DNA of 64,000 nt from the NCBI GenBank assembly GCA_963727505.1, contig CAVSGP010000002.1, positions 224,001-288,000 of the forward strand. Reading direction: 5' to 3'. This document shows positions 36,777 through 46,238 of the stretch, in pieces. The translations under genes and the position numbers were made by a program. This stretch comes from an uncultured Trueperaceae bacterium (lineage in GTDB: Bacteria; Deinococcota; Deinococci; Deinococcales; Trueperaceae). Position 1 is the first letter of the stretch, and each line of letters opens with the position of its first letter. Under the pieces are notes generated by a model that had not been told where the DNA came from, searched no databases, and saw only the letters and a list, made by a program, of their open reading frames with translations.

Positions 36777-37748
36777 ATGGACATCGTCTGGTTCGGCGAG
36801 GAAGGTAGCCGGGACGTCTCGCTGGTGGGGGGCAAGGCCGCAAGTCTCAGTGGCCTGGCCGCAAGCCACCGCGTGCCACCCGGCTTCTGCCTGACCACCT
36901 CCGCGTACGACGCCTGGAGCCGTACCGCCAGGCCGGCCCACCCGCAGGTGCCTCCCCAGCTACCCCGGTCGTTGCGCGACGCGATCCATCGAGCCTACGG
37001 TGAACTGGGTCGGCGCTGCGCCGCCGATCCGCTGCGTGTCGCAGTTCGCTCGTCCGCCGTCGACGAGGACGGCGCCGCGGCCTCCTTCGCAGGCCAGCAC
37101 GAGACCTTCCTCAACGTGATCGGGGAGGAAGCGGTGGTCGACGCCCTGGTTCGCTGCTGGAGCTCGGGGCGTAGCCAGCGCGCCCTGGCGTACCGGCGCG
37201 AGAGCGGCCTGGACGGCGACCGCGTCCGGCTGGCGGTGCTCGTCCAGCAGCTCGTACCGGCGGACACGTCGGCCGTCGTGTTCAGCGCCGACCCTGTGAG
37301 CGGGCGGCGCGACCAGGTCCTGATCGACGCCAGCTTCGGGCTCGGCGAGAGCATCGTCGGCGGCAGCGTCACACCCGATGCCTACCGCGTGGACAAGCGC
37401 ACGACCACCGTCGTCGAACGCAGCATCGGTTCCAAGGTCCTCATGCACGTGCCGGCCTTCGAGGGCACACAGGAGGTGCCGGTGCCGCGCCCGCTTCGCA
37501 CGCAACCCGCCCTGACCGACGAGCAGTGCGCCCGTTGCGCCGGCCTCGCCATCGCGCTGGAGACCGAGCTGGGCCACCCCGTCGATCTCGAGTGCGCCTT
37601 CCACGGAGGCGAGCTCTACCTCTTGCAGTGCCGCCCCATCACGCGCCTCCCGGCAGACCCAGCCGGCGAGGTCGCAGCCGACACCGACACCGAGCACGAC
37701 AGCGAGCACGACCGGGAGGATCCACCGGCGCCACGCCACCAGGCGTGA
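36777..37748 (+). CDS. PEP/pyruvate-binding (ATP-grasp) subunit of a PEP-synthase-like dikinase
   Basis: VGGKA..L, VAVRSSA..ED...SFAGQHET, GLGESIVGG, DLE......LLQCRPIT. SD GGGAG. Confidence 0.92.
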   Translation: MDIVWFGEEGSRDVSLVGGKAASLSGLAASHRVPPGFCLTTSAYDAWSRTARPAHPQVPPQLPRSLRDAIHRAYGELGRRCAADPLRVAVRSSAVDEDGAAASFAGQHETFLNVIGEEAVVDALVRCWSSGRSQRALAYRRESGLDGDRVRLAVLVQQLVPADTSAVVFSADPVSGRRDQVLIDASFGLGESIVGGSVTPDAYRVDKRTTTVVERSIGSKVLMHVPAFEGTQEVPVPRPLRTQPALTDEQCARCAGLAIALETELGHPVDLECAFHGGELYLLQCRPITRLPADPAGEVAADTDTEHDSEHDREDPPAPRHQA

Positions 37749-37773
37749 CGACCGGCCTCCGGAGGGAGCCTGC

Positions 37774-39468
37774 ATGTCCGACCCGAGCGCAACCCCCACT
37801 CCCATCCCCACCCCCGAGACCTTCCCGTTGGCCTGGGACGAGCCCGTGTTCGCTCACCTGCAGTGGTCGCGCGACCGCATGCACTTCCCGGAACCGGTCA
37901 CGCCCGCCATGGAGCTGTTCTTCGAAGCGCACAACGCTGGCTTCCGGCACGCCTTCGCGCTCTACGAGATGCCCCTCGAGGTCATGATGCTCAAGCGCAT
38001 CAACAGCTACGCCTACGGCGCCGTGATGCCGCGCCAGCTGGCGCATGACGCCATGGTGGCCATGGGCGAACGCGCCCAGCGCAACCTGGGGGCGGCCATG
38101 ATGCGCTCGGCCGAGCGCTGGCGCAGCGAGCTGCTGCCCGAGGTCCAGGAGCATCTGGGGTTCTGGCAGCGCGCCAACCTCTCCGGCGCGTCGCTGGCAG
38201 AGCTCGGCGAGCTCGCCCGCGAGACGCGCCGACGGCTGATCCGGCTATGGGAGATCCATTTCGAGCTGATGGTGCCCACCCTGCTGGCGGGCTCGCTGTT
38301 CCAGGACACCTACGCCGACCTCTTCGGCGCCGAGCGCGCCTTCGACGCCTTCACGCTTCTGCAGGGCTTCGGCAACAAGACCACCGAGATCAACAGCGCG
38401 CTGTGGCATCTGGCACGCAGCGCCGACGAGGACGTCCGGGCGACCATCCTGGGCCACGATCCCGAGGTGGTGGCCGGGGTGCTCCGCGGCAGTGATGCCG
38501 GCCGGCGCTTCCTCGAAGCGTTCGCCGCCTACCTGGAGGCGTACGGCCGCCGCAGCGAGACGTGGGAACTGCGTTACCCGAGCTGGCTGGAGAACCCCGC
38601 ACCGGTATGGCGGATGCTCCGCGAGCATCTGGCGGAACCCGACGCCGATCCCGATGCGGAGATGGCGCGGCTGGCCCAGCAGCGCGACGCGGCAGTCACC
38701 GATGCGCGCGCCCAGCTGGAAGGCTACCCGGCCCCCGTGGTCGAGCACTTCGAGGCCATGCTGCGCGCGGCCCAGGACGGGGTCGTGCTGTCGGAGGACC
38801 ACGGCTTCTACATCGACTTCGAGGGCGGTCACTACGTGCGTCAGGTGCTGCTCGAGGTTGGCCGCCGCCTTGCCTCGGCGGGTGCGCTTGCGTCGACCGA
38901 CGACGTCATGATGCTCACGCTCGACGAGGCGCTGGAGGCGCTGGACAGCCTGCCCGGGGCCGATCTGCGCGCGCTGGTCGAGCAGCGCCGGGCCGAGATG
39001 GAGCACTTCGGCGCGATCGAGGAACCCGAGCTGGTCGGTTCCATGCCGCCCGGCCCGCCGCCTCAGGACCCGGTAGGGCGCGCCATCGGCCGGTTCTTCG
39101 GCACGCCTCCCGAAGAGAGCGCCGAACCGGACGTGTTGAAGGGCCACGCCGGCTCGCCGGGCACGGTGAGGGGCGTGGCACGCGTCGTGCGCTCGCTGGC
39201 GGAAGCGCAGAACCTGCGCCGCGGGGAGATCCTGGTGGCCCCCATGACCTCTCCGTCGTGGACGCCGCTCTTCGGAACCGTCGCCGGCGTCGTCACGGAC
39301 ACCGGCGGGGTGCTGTCGCACAGCGCCGTGGTGGCGCGCGAGTACGGCATCCCGGCGGTGGTCGGCACAATGCGGGCGACCTCGCTGATCCGTGACGGGC
39401 AGCTCATCGATGTCGACGGCCGGAGCGGCACGGTGCGCCTGGTCGAGCGCGAGACGCCCCCCGTGTGA
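37774..39468 (+). CDS. Substrate-binding + phospho-His swivel subunit of a dikinase (RPH/PpsA-like)
   Basis: HFPEP.TP, YG.R...WEL..PSW.E.P, T.PSWTPLF, GG.LSHSAVVAREYGIPAVVG. Own SD GGAGG. Confidence 0.9.
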   Translation: MSDPSATPTPIPTPETFPLAWDEPVFAHLQWSRDRMHFPEPVTPAMELFFEAHNAGFRHAFALYEMPLEVMMLKRINSYAYGAVMPRQLAHDAMVAMGERAQRNLGAAMMRSAERWRSELLPEVQEHLGFWQRANLSGASLAELGELARETRRRLIRLWEIHFELMVPTLLAGSLFQDTYADLFGAERAFDAFTLLQGFGNKTTEINSALWHLARSADEDVRATILGHDPEVVAGVLRGSDAGRRFLEAFAAYLEAYGRRSETWELRYPSWLENPAPVWRMLREHLAEPDADPDAEMARLAQQRDAAVTDARAQLEGYPAPVVEHFEAMLRAAQDGVVLSEDHGFYIDFEGGHYVRQVLLEVGRRLASAGALASTDDVMMLTLDEALEALDSLPGADLRALVEQRRAEMEHFGAIEEPELVGSMPPGPPPQDPVGRAIGRFFGTPPEESAEPDVLKGHAGSPGTVRGVARVVRSLAEAQNLRRGEILVAPMTSPSWTPLFGTVAGVVTDTGGVLSHSAVVAREYGIPAVVGTMRATSLIRDGQLIDVDGRSGTVRLVERETPPV

Positions 39469-40892
39469 GGGAGACGCAGGCCCGGGCACTGCCTTCCGAG
39501 AGCGGCGAGGTCCGCCTGGTGGTCGCTGTAGCGCTTGCGACGATGCTGGCGCCGCTCAACTCGACCATGATCGCGGTGGCGCTGCCGCCCATCGCCGCGC
39601 AGTTCCACGCCGGCGCGTCCACGTCTTGGCTGGTCACGGGCTACCTCATCGCCATGGCCTCGTTGCAGCCGGTCGCCGGCAAGCTCGGCGACCGGCTCGG
39701 CCGGCGGCCGCTGATGCTCGGCGGTCTGGCGACCTTCGCCGTGGCCTCGCTCGGCGCGGCGCTCGCGCCCGGCTTCGGCTGGCTGCTGGGGTTCCGCATC
39801 CTGCAGGGGGTGGCAGGCGCCCTCGCCTTCCCCAACGGTGCCGCGTTGCTGCGCGAGGCGATCCCCGACGCGCGACGTGGACGCCGCTTCGGACTGGTGG
39901 GGGCGGGCGCTGGCCTGGCGGCCGCGGTGGGACCACCGGTGGCCGGCGTGCTGGTGTGGCTGAGCGGCTGGCAGTCGATCTTCTACGTCAACGTGCTGCT
40001 CATCGTGCCGGCGCTGTGGCTGGGTTGGACCACGTTCCCCCGCGGCCACCCGCACGCCGAGCGACGCCCCTTCGACCTGGCCGGCGCGGCCCTGCTGTCG
40101 GTCGCGCTCATCGCCGCCGCCGCCCGGCTCACCCACCGAGGACCGTCGGGCTCCTGGGGCACGGCGATGTGGGTAGTGGCCGCCCTTGCGGCGGCCGTGT
40201 TCGTGGTGGTGGAGTGGCGCCACCCCGACCCCGCAGTGCAGCTCCGACTCTTCGCGCGCCGGGCGTTCGCGGCGGCCAATGCGTCCGTCGCCACCAGCAA
40301 CTTCGCTATGTATGTGACGCTGCTCGCGGTGCCGTTGCTGCTCGCGGGCCGTCCCGGCGGCAGCATCGGCGCGGGCGCCGTGCTGGCCGCGATGTCCGGC
40401 GCCATGTTCGTGGCGGCCCCGGTCGGCGGGACGCTCGCAGACCGCTGGGGCCGTCGCCGACCGGCGCTCCTCGGCCTGAGTTTGCTGGTCGCCGGCACCC
40501 TCGTGCTGGCGACGTCCGGGGCCGCCGTGTCGGTGCCCGTGCTCGTGGGAGCGTTGATGCTCGTCGGCCTCGGCATCGGCACCGGCACCGCCGCCCTGCA
40601 GACGACGGCGGTCGAGGCCGCGCCGGCCCGCGACGCCGGCATGGCTTCGGGCGTATACACGACCAGCCGCTACCTCGGGAGCATCGTCGGCTCGGCGCTG
40701 CTGGCGCACCTACTGGGAGGAGCGAACCCTCGTGCCGCAGGCACGGTCGCCCTGGGACCCGCGGGCACCGACACCGTCTTCGCGATGGTCGCGGGGGCGG
40801 CCGTGCTGGCACTGCTCGCTGCCCTCGGGCTACAGGACCGGCCCGGCCAGCGGGTGGAACCGCCAACGGAGGTCAGCGAGTCCGTGGCCTGA
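39465..40892 (+). CDS. MFS transporter (DHA2/EmrB-like)
   Basis: LNSTMIAVALP.I, GKLGDRLGRR, W..IFYVNV, D..GA.L. GTGA overlap with the dikinase gene. Confidence 0.9.
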   Translation: MRETQARALPSESGEVRLVVAVALATMLAPLNSTMIAVALPPIAAQFHAGASTSWLVTGYLIAMASLQPVAGKLGDRLGRRPLMLGGLATFAVASLGAALAPGFGWLLGFRILQGVAGALAFPNGAALLREAIPDARRGRRFGLVGAGAGLAAAVGPPVAGVLVWLSGWQSIFYVNVLLIVPALWLGWTTFPRGHPHAERRPFDLAGAALLSVALIAAAARLTHRGPSGSWGTAMWVVAALAAAVFVVVEWRHPDPAVQLRLFARRAFAAANASVATSNFAMYVTLLAVPLLLAGRPGGSIGAGAVLAAMSGAMFVAAPVGGTLADRWGRRRPALLGLSLLVAGTLVLATSGAAVSVPVLVGALMLVGLGIGTGTAALQTTAVEAAPARDAGMASGVYTTSRYLGSIVGSALLAHLLGGANPRAAGTVALGPAGTDTVFAMVAGAAVLALLAALGLQDRPGQRVEPPTEVSESVA

Positions 40893-40911
40893 CGCGACGC
40901 CGTGCCGCGAC

Positions 40912-41517
40912 CTATCGCTCCACCAGCCGCCGCCGGTTGCGCAGCACGAAGCTGACGATCGCCAGATGGAGGACGATCGCGGCGCCGAGCCCCAGCAGGT
41001 GGTACGGCACCCCGGCACGCCCGGTGGCGGTGACCAGCCAGGCGCCGAGCCCACCCAGCGGCAGGAACAGCACGATGGCGGTCATCAGTCCCGGGTTGTA
41101 GCGGCGCATGGCCAGGGCCGGACCCACGTGGACCAACGCGTTCACGAGCGTGGCGTAGATGCCGATGAGGCCGAAGCCGATGCCCGCGGTTGCCGCCAGC
41201 CAGATCGACACCACGTTCAAGAGCCATACCCCTCCGACGTTGATCACGAACACCGCGCCCGACGATAGGACGTCCCGGCCGCCGCCGATCTCGCGGTTGA
41301 CGAAGCGGCGGAACCGATCGTCGTCGTGCTCCTCGTACTGGTGGAGCATGTAGATGGGAAGCTGCAGCACAACGAAGACGAACGCCATCGAGAGGCCCGC
41401 GGTGAACACGGGGAGCAAGAGCAACAGCAGGAACCCCGCGAGGAAGCCACCGTAGACCCAGGCGTGCGTTAGCCTCTCGAACGCGCTCACCGGGGTGGGA
41501 GACGTGAGCCGGTCCAT
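40912..41517 (-). CDS. HXXEE domain membrane protein
   Basis: MLHQYEEH, YNPGLMTA. Leaderless TAGAAT-N7-ATG. Confidence 0.88.
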   Translation of the reverse strand: MDRLTSPTPVSAFERLTHAWVYGGFLAGFLLLLLLPVFTAGLSMAFVFVVLQLPIYMLHQYEEHDDDRFRRFVNREIGGGRDVLSSGAVFVINVGGVWLLNVVSIWLAATAGIGFGLIGIYATLVNALVHVGPALAMRRYNPGLMTAIVLFLPLGGLGAWLVTATGRAGVPYHLLGLGAAIVLHLAIVSFVLRNRRRLVER

Positions 41518-41566
41518 ACGGCGGATTCTAGCCCGGCACGGCGATGCGCCCAAGCCGGCCAGGCCC

Positions 41567-43007
41567 TCATACCTGTCGGCCCAGCCGCACCATCACCTCG
41601 AGGCAGCGCTCCACATCCGCGTCGGTCGTGGCCCAGGAGGAGACCGAGATGCGCATGGCCGTACGCCCCTGCCACTCGGTGCCGCCGCACCAGCAGGTGC
41701 CGTCCTCCTGCAGCGCCCGGATGACCGCGCGGGTGCGCTCATGCGTGCCGAAGGAGACCAGCACCTGATTGAGGACCACCTCGTTGAGGACCTCGAAACC
41801 GGCCGCCTCCAGGCCCTCGGCGAAACGTCGGGCGTGCCGGCAGGCGCGCTCGACCAGGGACCGCACGCCCGACCGGCCCAACCGTTTGAGCGCGGCCCAC
41901 ACCTCCACGCCGCGGGCGCGGCGCGACAGCTCGGGCGTGAAGTCCGAGGGGTCGCGCGCGCCGGGTTCCGGAAGGTAGGCGGCCGTCACCGCCATGGCGG
42001 CCTGCAGCGCCGCGGGCTCCCGCACCAGCGCGATGCCCGAGTCGTAGGGCACGTTCAGCCACTTGTGGAAGTCGGTCGCCCAGGAATCGGCGAGGTCGAG
42101 CCCCGCGGCCAGCTCGCGCAGCGCCGGGCTCACGCGCGCCCACAACCCGAACGCGCCGTCCACGTGCACCCAGGCGCCCGCTTCGTGGGCGCGCGGGATG
42201 ATCTCGTTGAAGGGATCGAACGCGCCGGTGTTGACGTTGCCGGCCTGCAGGATGACGATGGTCGGGCCCTCGAGGTCGGGGAGCCGGTCGGCCCGGAACC
42301 GCCCCTGCTCGTCGGCGGGCACCGCCTCCACCCGGTCCTTGCCCAGGCCCAGCAACCCGAGCGACTTGCGCACGGTGGGGTGCATCTCGCCGCCCACCAC
42401 CACCCGGATCGGCGGCGCTCCGAAGAGGCCGTCGGCCTCCACGTCCCAGCCGGCACGCTCGAGCACCGCGTGCCGCGCGGCCGCCAGCGCCGTGGCGTTG
42501 GCGACGGTGGCGCCGGTCACGAAGCCGGCGCCGGTACCGGCGGGCAGAGCGAAGAGCTCGCGCAGCCAGTCCAGCGCCACCGCCTCGAGCGTAGCGGTGC
42601 CCGGCGCGATGTGGTGGTAGCAGCTGTTCTGGTCCCACGCCGTCGCCAGCGTGTTCGCCGCCAGCGTGACCGGAAGGGCGCCGCCACACACGAAGCCGAA
42701 GAAGCGGCGACCGGCGATGCCGAGCGTCGCCGGGGACGCCACCTCGTCGAGCAGATCGAGCACCTCGGCGGGGTCGGTGGCCTGCTCGCCCAGGGGCTCG
42801 TGCAGGCGCTCGAGGCCGGCCACGGCCGCCGCGTCCGGCTGGACGCCGCGCGCGTCCAGAGCGTCGAGGTAGCCCGCGGCCCGTGTCGCCGCGTCGTGCA
42901 ACAGCGCCGCCGTCGCGGCGGCGTCGAGATCTTCGGCCTGCTCGTTCCGTGGCGGGGGCCGGCCGGCCGATGTCGCCGGGACGGGACGCGTTCTCTGGAC
43001 CTTCCAT
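41567..43007 (-). CDS. PLP-dependent group II decarboxylase (aromatic L-amino acid decarboxylase-like); apparent +1 frameshift near the 5' end
   Basis: HVDGAFG, DSWATDFHKWLNVPY, PELSRRARG. The SD-led ATG 43007 is one base out of frame; an in-frame TTG exists at 42901. Confidence 0.85.
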
Positions 43008-43141
43008 GATCGCTCCTCCTCACCGGCGCGGACGCGCGCCGGCAAGAAGCGGACGCCGGCGGAGCGGCGTCCACGGGTCGCGGGGCAGCGGTGTTCCCGG
43101 CCACGGGGTTGTTGGCCACGCGGTTCGGGGTGGCCGCCCAT

Positions 43142-43465
43142 TCAAGCCAAGTACGCCTCGCGAAGCGGTGAGAAGATCTCGATGACCTCGCTGTCCTCCA
43201 GCGCCTCCACGGCGTGCTCGACGCCGCCCGGGATGCACCAGCTGTCGCCCGATCCGACGACAGACGTCTCTCCGGCGATGGTGAAACGCGCCTTCCCACT
43301 GACCATGAAGCCCGTCTGCTCGTGTGGATGGCGGTGGGGTGGCAGCCCGCTCCCTTCCGCCAGCTTGAACCTGAGCATCATGGTTTTCTCGCCCTGCACA
43401 AGGTTCTTCAGCACGATGCCTTCGGCTGCCTGGCGATACCCGTCCTCGCTATGGATGGTGACCAT
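43142..43465 (-). CDS. Cupin domain protein
   Basis: PPHRHPHEQ...G...IPGGVEH...FSP.RE.Y. Leaderless TATGCT-N5-ATG. Confidence 0.92.
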   Translation of the reverse strand: MVTIHSEDGYRQAAEGIVLKNLVQGEKTMMLRFKLAEGSGLPPHRHPHEQTGFMVSGKARFTIAGETSVVGSGDSWCIPGGVEHAVEALEDSEVIEIFSPLREAYLA

Positions 43466-43515
43466 GGACGAGCATAGACGAATTCAAGCGCTCGTCGGCG
43501 GCGCAGCGGGAAGGG

Positions 43516-44097
43516 TCAGCGGGCTTCGATCAAGCGGATGGTGGTGCGGTCACCCTCGTCGCCATACTGGCTGGAACAGGGGAAGGGCAGGTCCTCCGCC
43601 AGCGCCATCTCGATGGGTGCGCTGCCGTCGTCCATCTCGAGCCGTAGCACCACGCACTCGTGGCCGGCGATGGTCTCGCTCTTGTCCATGAAGACGCTTC
43701 CCATCCCGGCCACCCGCACCGGCTCGCTGCGCACGTGGATGTCCTCCTTGCCCAGCAGCATCGGCAACATCATGAAGCCCGGACCGTAGAACACCATCAT
43801 CGGACCGAGGGCCAGCACGCCCAGCATGGAGCCGCCCAGCGCGGCCGTGTTGAGGTCGTCGTGGGAGACCCCGGTCTGGGTCACCTTCATGGTGGTGGCG
43901 GTGTCGTAGCTGTCGCCCTTCTGGGTGATGTCGAGCGTGATGGTCGCGGTCTGGGATCCGTCCCCGCTGTCGACCGAAATCTCCCAGGTGTAGCTGTGGT
44001 TGCCGGTGGGGAAGGTATCTGGATTCCACTGGAAGGCCAGCGCAGATCCGGTGGCGAGCAGGGCCACCGCGGCCATGAGGCGGATGGTGGTACGCAT
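43516..44097 (-). CDS. Secreted hypothetical protein
   Basis: SD GGAGG. Signal peptide MRTTIRLMAAVALLATGSALA. Confidence 0.75.
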   Translation of the reverse strand: MRTTIRLMAAVALLATGSALAFQWNPDTFPTGNHSYTWEISVDSGDGSQTATITLDITQKGDSYDTATTMKVTQTGVSHDDLNTAALGGSMLGVLALGPMMVFYGPGFMMLPMLLGKEDIHVRSEPVRVAGMGSVFMDKSETIAGHECVVLRLEMDDGSAPIEMALAEDLPFPCSSQYGDEGDRTTIRLIEAR

Positions 44098-44127
44098 AGG
44101 GTGCCCCTCCTATAGGACCCCTCCAAT

Positions 44128-45342
44128 CTAGCGCGCGAGTTGCGATCGGGCGCGGGCGGGCGCACGCATGGGTAAACGCGCCGCGACAGCTCGGTTCGCG
44201 ACCGACCCGCCGGACATCCAGCTGACGTCGTAGCGCGGCACGGCGCGCGGGATCCGGGTTCCACGCACTTCGGCTGGTACGTCGACGAACTGCCCGGCGA
44301 TCCCGAGCGCTCCGCAGCCCGTCTCCCAGTTGGCGCACCAGATCCCCAGCGCCACCGGCGCGTAGAAGCGCGACGTCGTGGAGGCGTAGAAGTCCATCCG
44401 GACCCCCTGCCCTACCTTCGCGCCGACGGCCCGGGTCGTCTGGCCGTTGTAGGACGACGGCGACCACCGGCATGCCTCGAAGCAGCGCCCGAAAGCCGCG
44501 AACGGTGGGGCGGTGACGGCGAGGGGCTCGCGCAGCTCGGCATCGGCGAAGAACAGCGATGCCAGCGGCAACCGCCAGCGCATGGAACGCGTCATGAGGC
44601 GCACGATCGTAGGCACGTAGCGCGACCGGTAGCCGAGGGCACAAACGCAGACGATGTGATCGGTCTCGAGATCGATGCGGTCGCCCAGGTGGCGGAGGAT
44701 GCTGGCATGGTCGGCCCCGGGGCCGATCCAGCACGTCGCCACGCCCAAGCGCGTGGCGTCCAGGACGACGCGCTGCAGACTCCGGCCGACATCGACGATG
44801 GCCGTGCGGTCGTACGCCCGCGGCCCGATCGCCACCAGGAACTCGTGGGCGCCGACCACGGGCCACACCGTGAGGGGCGCGGTGATGAACTCGAAGCGGA
44901 TGGGCCGGTCCCCGATCAGGACGTCGGGCGACGTGTTCGCGCGCACCGACGCCAGGATCGCCTGCCGATGCGCGTCGGTGAGGTCGCGGCGTTGGAACGA
45001 GCGGCACGAGCGCCGCGCGCGCATGAGGTCGAAGGCGTCGAGACCGTCGAGCGGCCGGGGTAGGGGCTCGGCCGGCCGGAATCCCAGCTTGATGGTGACG
45101 ACCTCGAAGGCGAAGAGGGCGAGCGACAGGCCGCCCAGGCTCAGCGGAGTCCAGAACAGGGCGATCGGCACTGCCCCGATCAGCCGACCCACCGCCGCCA
45201 CCAGTAGCAGTACGACCGCCACCAGGGCAACCGGAACGTACTGGAGCCAGCCCGTGAACTGGAGGCGGAGCTTGATCTTCCATAGCCGCCCGAACACGCC
45301 ACCGCGATCGCCCAGATCCTTCGCCGCCCGCATCTGCGCCAC
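44128..45342 (-). CDS. Nitroreductase-family protein with N-terminal transmembrane helices
   Basis: Two TM helices, then RRSCRSF, LGVATCWIG, R..PSSYN.Q (double nitroreductase fold). Confidence 0.8.
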   Translation of the reverse strand: MAQMRAAKDLGDRGGVFGRLWKIKLRLQFTGWLQYVPVALVAVVLLLVAAVGRLIGAVPIALFWTPLSLGGLSLALFAFEVVTIKLGFRPAEPLPRPLDGLDAFDLMRARRSCRSFQRRDLTDAHRQAILASVRANTSPDVLIGDRPIRFEFITAPLTVWPVVGAHEFLVAIGPRAYDRTAIVDVGRSLQRVVLDATRLGVATCWIGPGADHASILRHLGDRIDLETDHIVCVCALGYRSRYVPTIVRLMTRSMRWRLPLASLFFADAELREPLAVTAPPFAAFGRCFEACRWSPSSYNGQTTRAVGAKVGQGVRMDFYASTTSRFYAPVALGIWCANWETGCGALGIAGQFVDVPAEVRGTRIPRAVPRYDVSWMSGGSVANRAVAARLPMRAPARARSQLAR

Positions 45343-45427
45343 GGCCCGCCCTCACTCTCGACGTGCCCGCTCGTCCGCTACCCTCAGGGGCAGCGCGAGC
45401 GACTCCACGGTAGCCGAACGCAGGTTT

Positions 45428-45451
45428 TATTGCAAGCCTTCACTTACAATA
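45428..45451. promoter_or_regulatory. Candidate TetR operator
   Basis: TATTGCAAG-CCTTCA-CTTACAATA, 9-bp arms with 1 mismatch, AT-rich, between the divergent nitroreductase and tetR genes. Confidence 0.7.
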
Positions 45452-45504
45452 GATGCGGGTGCCAACCGTGCAACCGCGGCGCGGGCGCTACCAGGCAGGA
45501 GAGC

Positions 45505-46065
45505 ATGCCCAAGGTCATCGACGTCGACGAGCTCTACCGAGTCACCGTCCGCCTCTTCAGCGAGCGCGGCTACGACGCCGCCACCACGCAGGAGATCGCG
45601 GCTCATGCGGGTGTGAGCGAGGTGACGCTGTACCGCCGCTTCGGCACCAAAGCGGCGCTGGTAGCGGCCGCCCTGCATCACGTGCTCGCCGACGCACCCT
45701 TCGGCAAGGTCGAGGCCAGTGGCGACGTCCGCGCCGATCTCATCGCCATCGCACAGGCGTACGCCGAGACGAACCGGGCCTTCGGCGACGCCGTTATCAC
45801 CCTACTGACCGACATCCCCCGCCACCCCGAGCTGCGCCAGGCCATCCCCACGCTGCTGCCGAACCTACAACGCGCGGCACACATCGTGGCGACGCACCAG
45901 GAGCGCGGCGCGATCGCACCGGGCGATCCCCTGCAGAAGGTGGTGGCGCTGATCGCACCCCTGCTGGCGGAGGGCCTGTGGCGACGGGTCGGAGCGGGCG
46001 TGGCAGTGCCTGCCTTCGATCCTGTGGCGGTGGCGGACGCGTTCCTGCGGGGGCACGGGACCTAG
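45505..46065 (+). CDS. TetR/AcrR family transcriptional regulator
   Basis: SD AGGAG. F.ERGY...TT.EIA..AGVSEVTLYRRFGTK. Confidence 0.93.
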   Translation: MPKVIDVDELYRVTVRLFSERGYDAATTQEIAAHAGVSEVTLYRRFGTKAALVAAALHHVLADAPFGKVEASGDVRADLIAIAQAYAETNRAFGDAVITLLTDIPRHPELRQAIPTLLPNLQRAAHIVATHQERGAIAPGDPLQKVVALIAPLLAEGLWRRVGAGVAVPAFDPVAVADAFLRGHGT

Positions 46066-46161
46066 AAGCGCGGGGTGGCGATCCCCTGGCGGTAGGCATC
46101 GGCGATCAGCACGGCATCGGATTGCTCGCCGATGACCCGCGGGACCTGGAACGCTTGACGC

Positions 46162-46208
46162 TGAAAACGCAAAGGGCGCGGCGACCACGGATGTGGCGCG
46201 CCGCGCCC
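46162..46208 (-). terminator. Intrinsic terminator of the beta-helix gene
   Basis: Stem GGGCGCGGCG/CGCCGCGCCC followed on the minus strand by TTTGCGTTTT, 30 nt after the stop. Confidence 0.7.
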
Positions 46209-46238
46209 AGCGGAGCTCTAGCGGAAGTTCGGAAGTGT

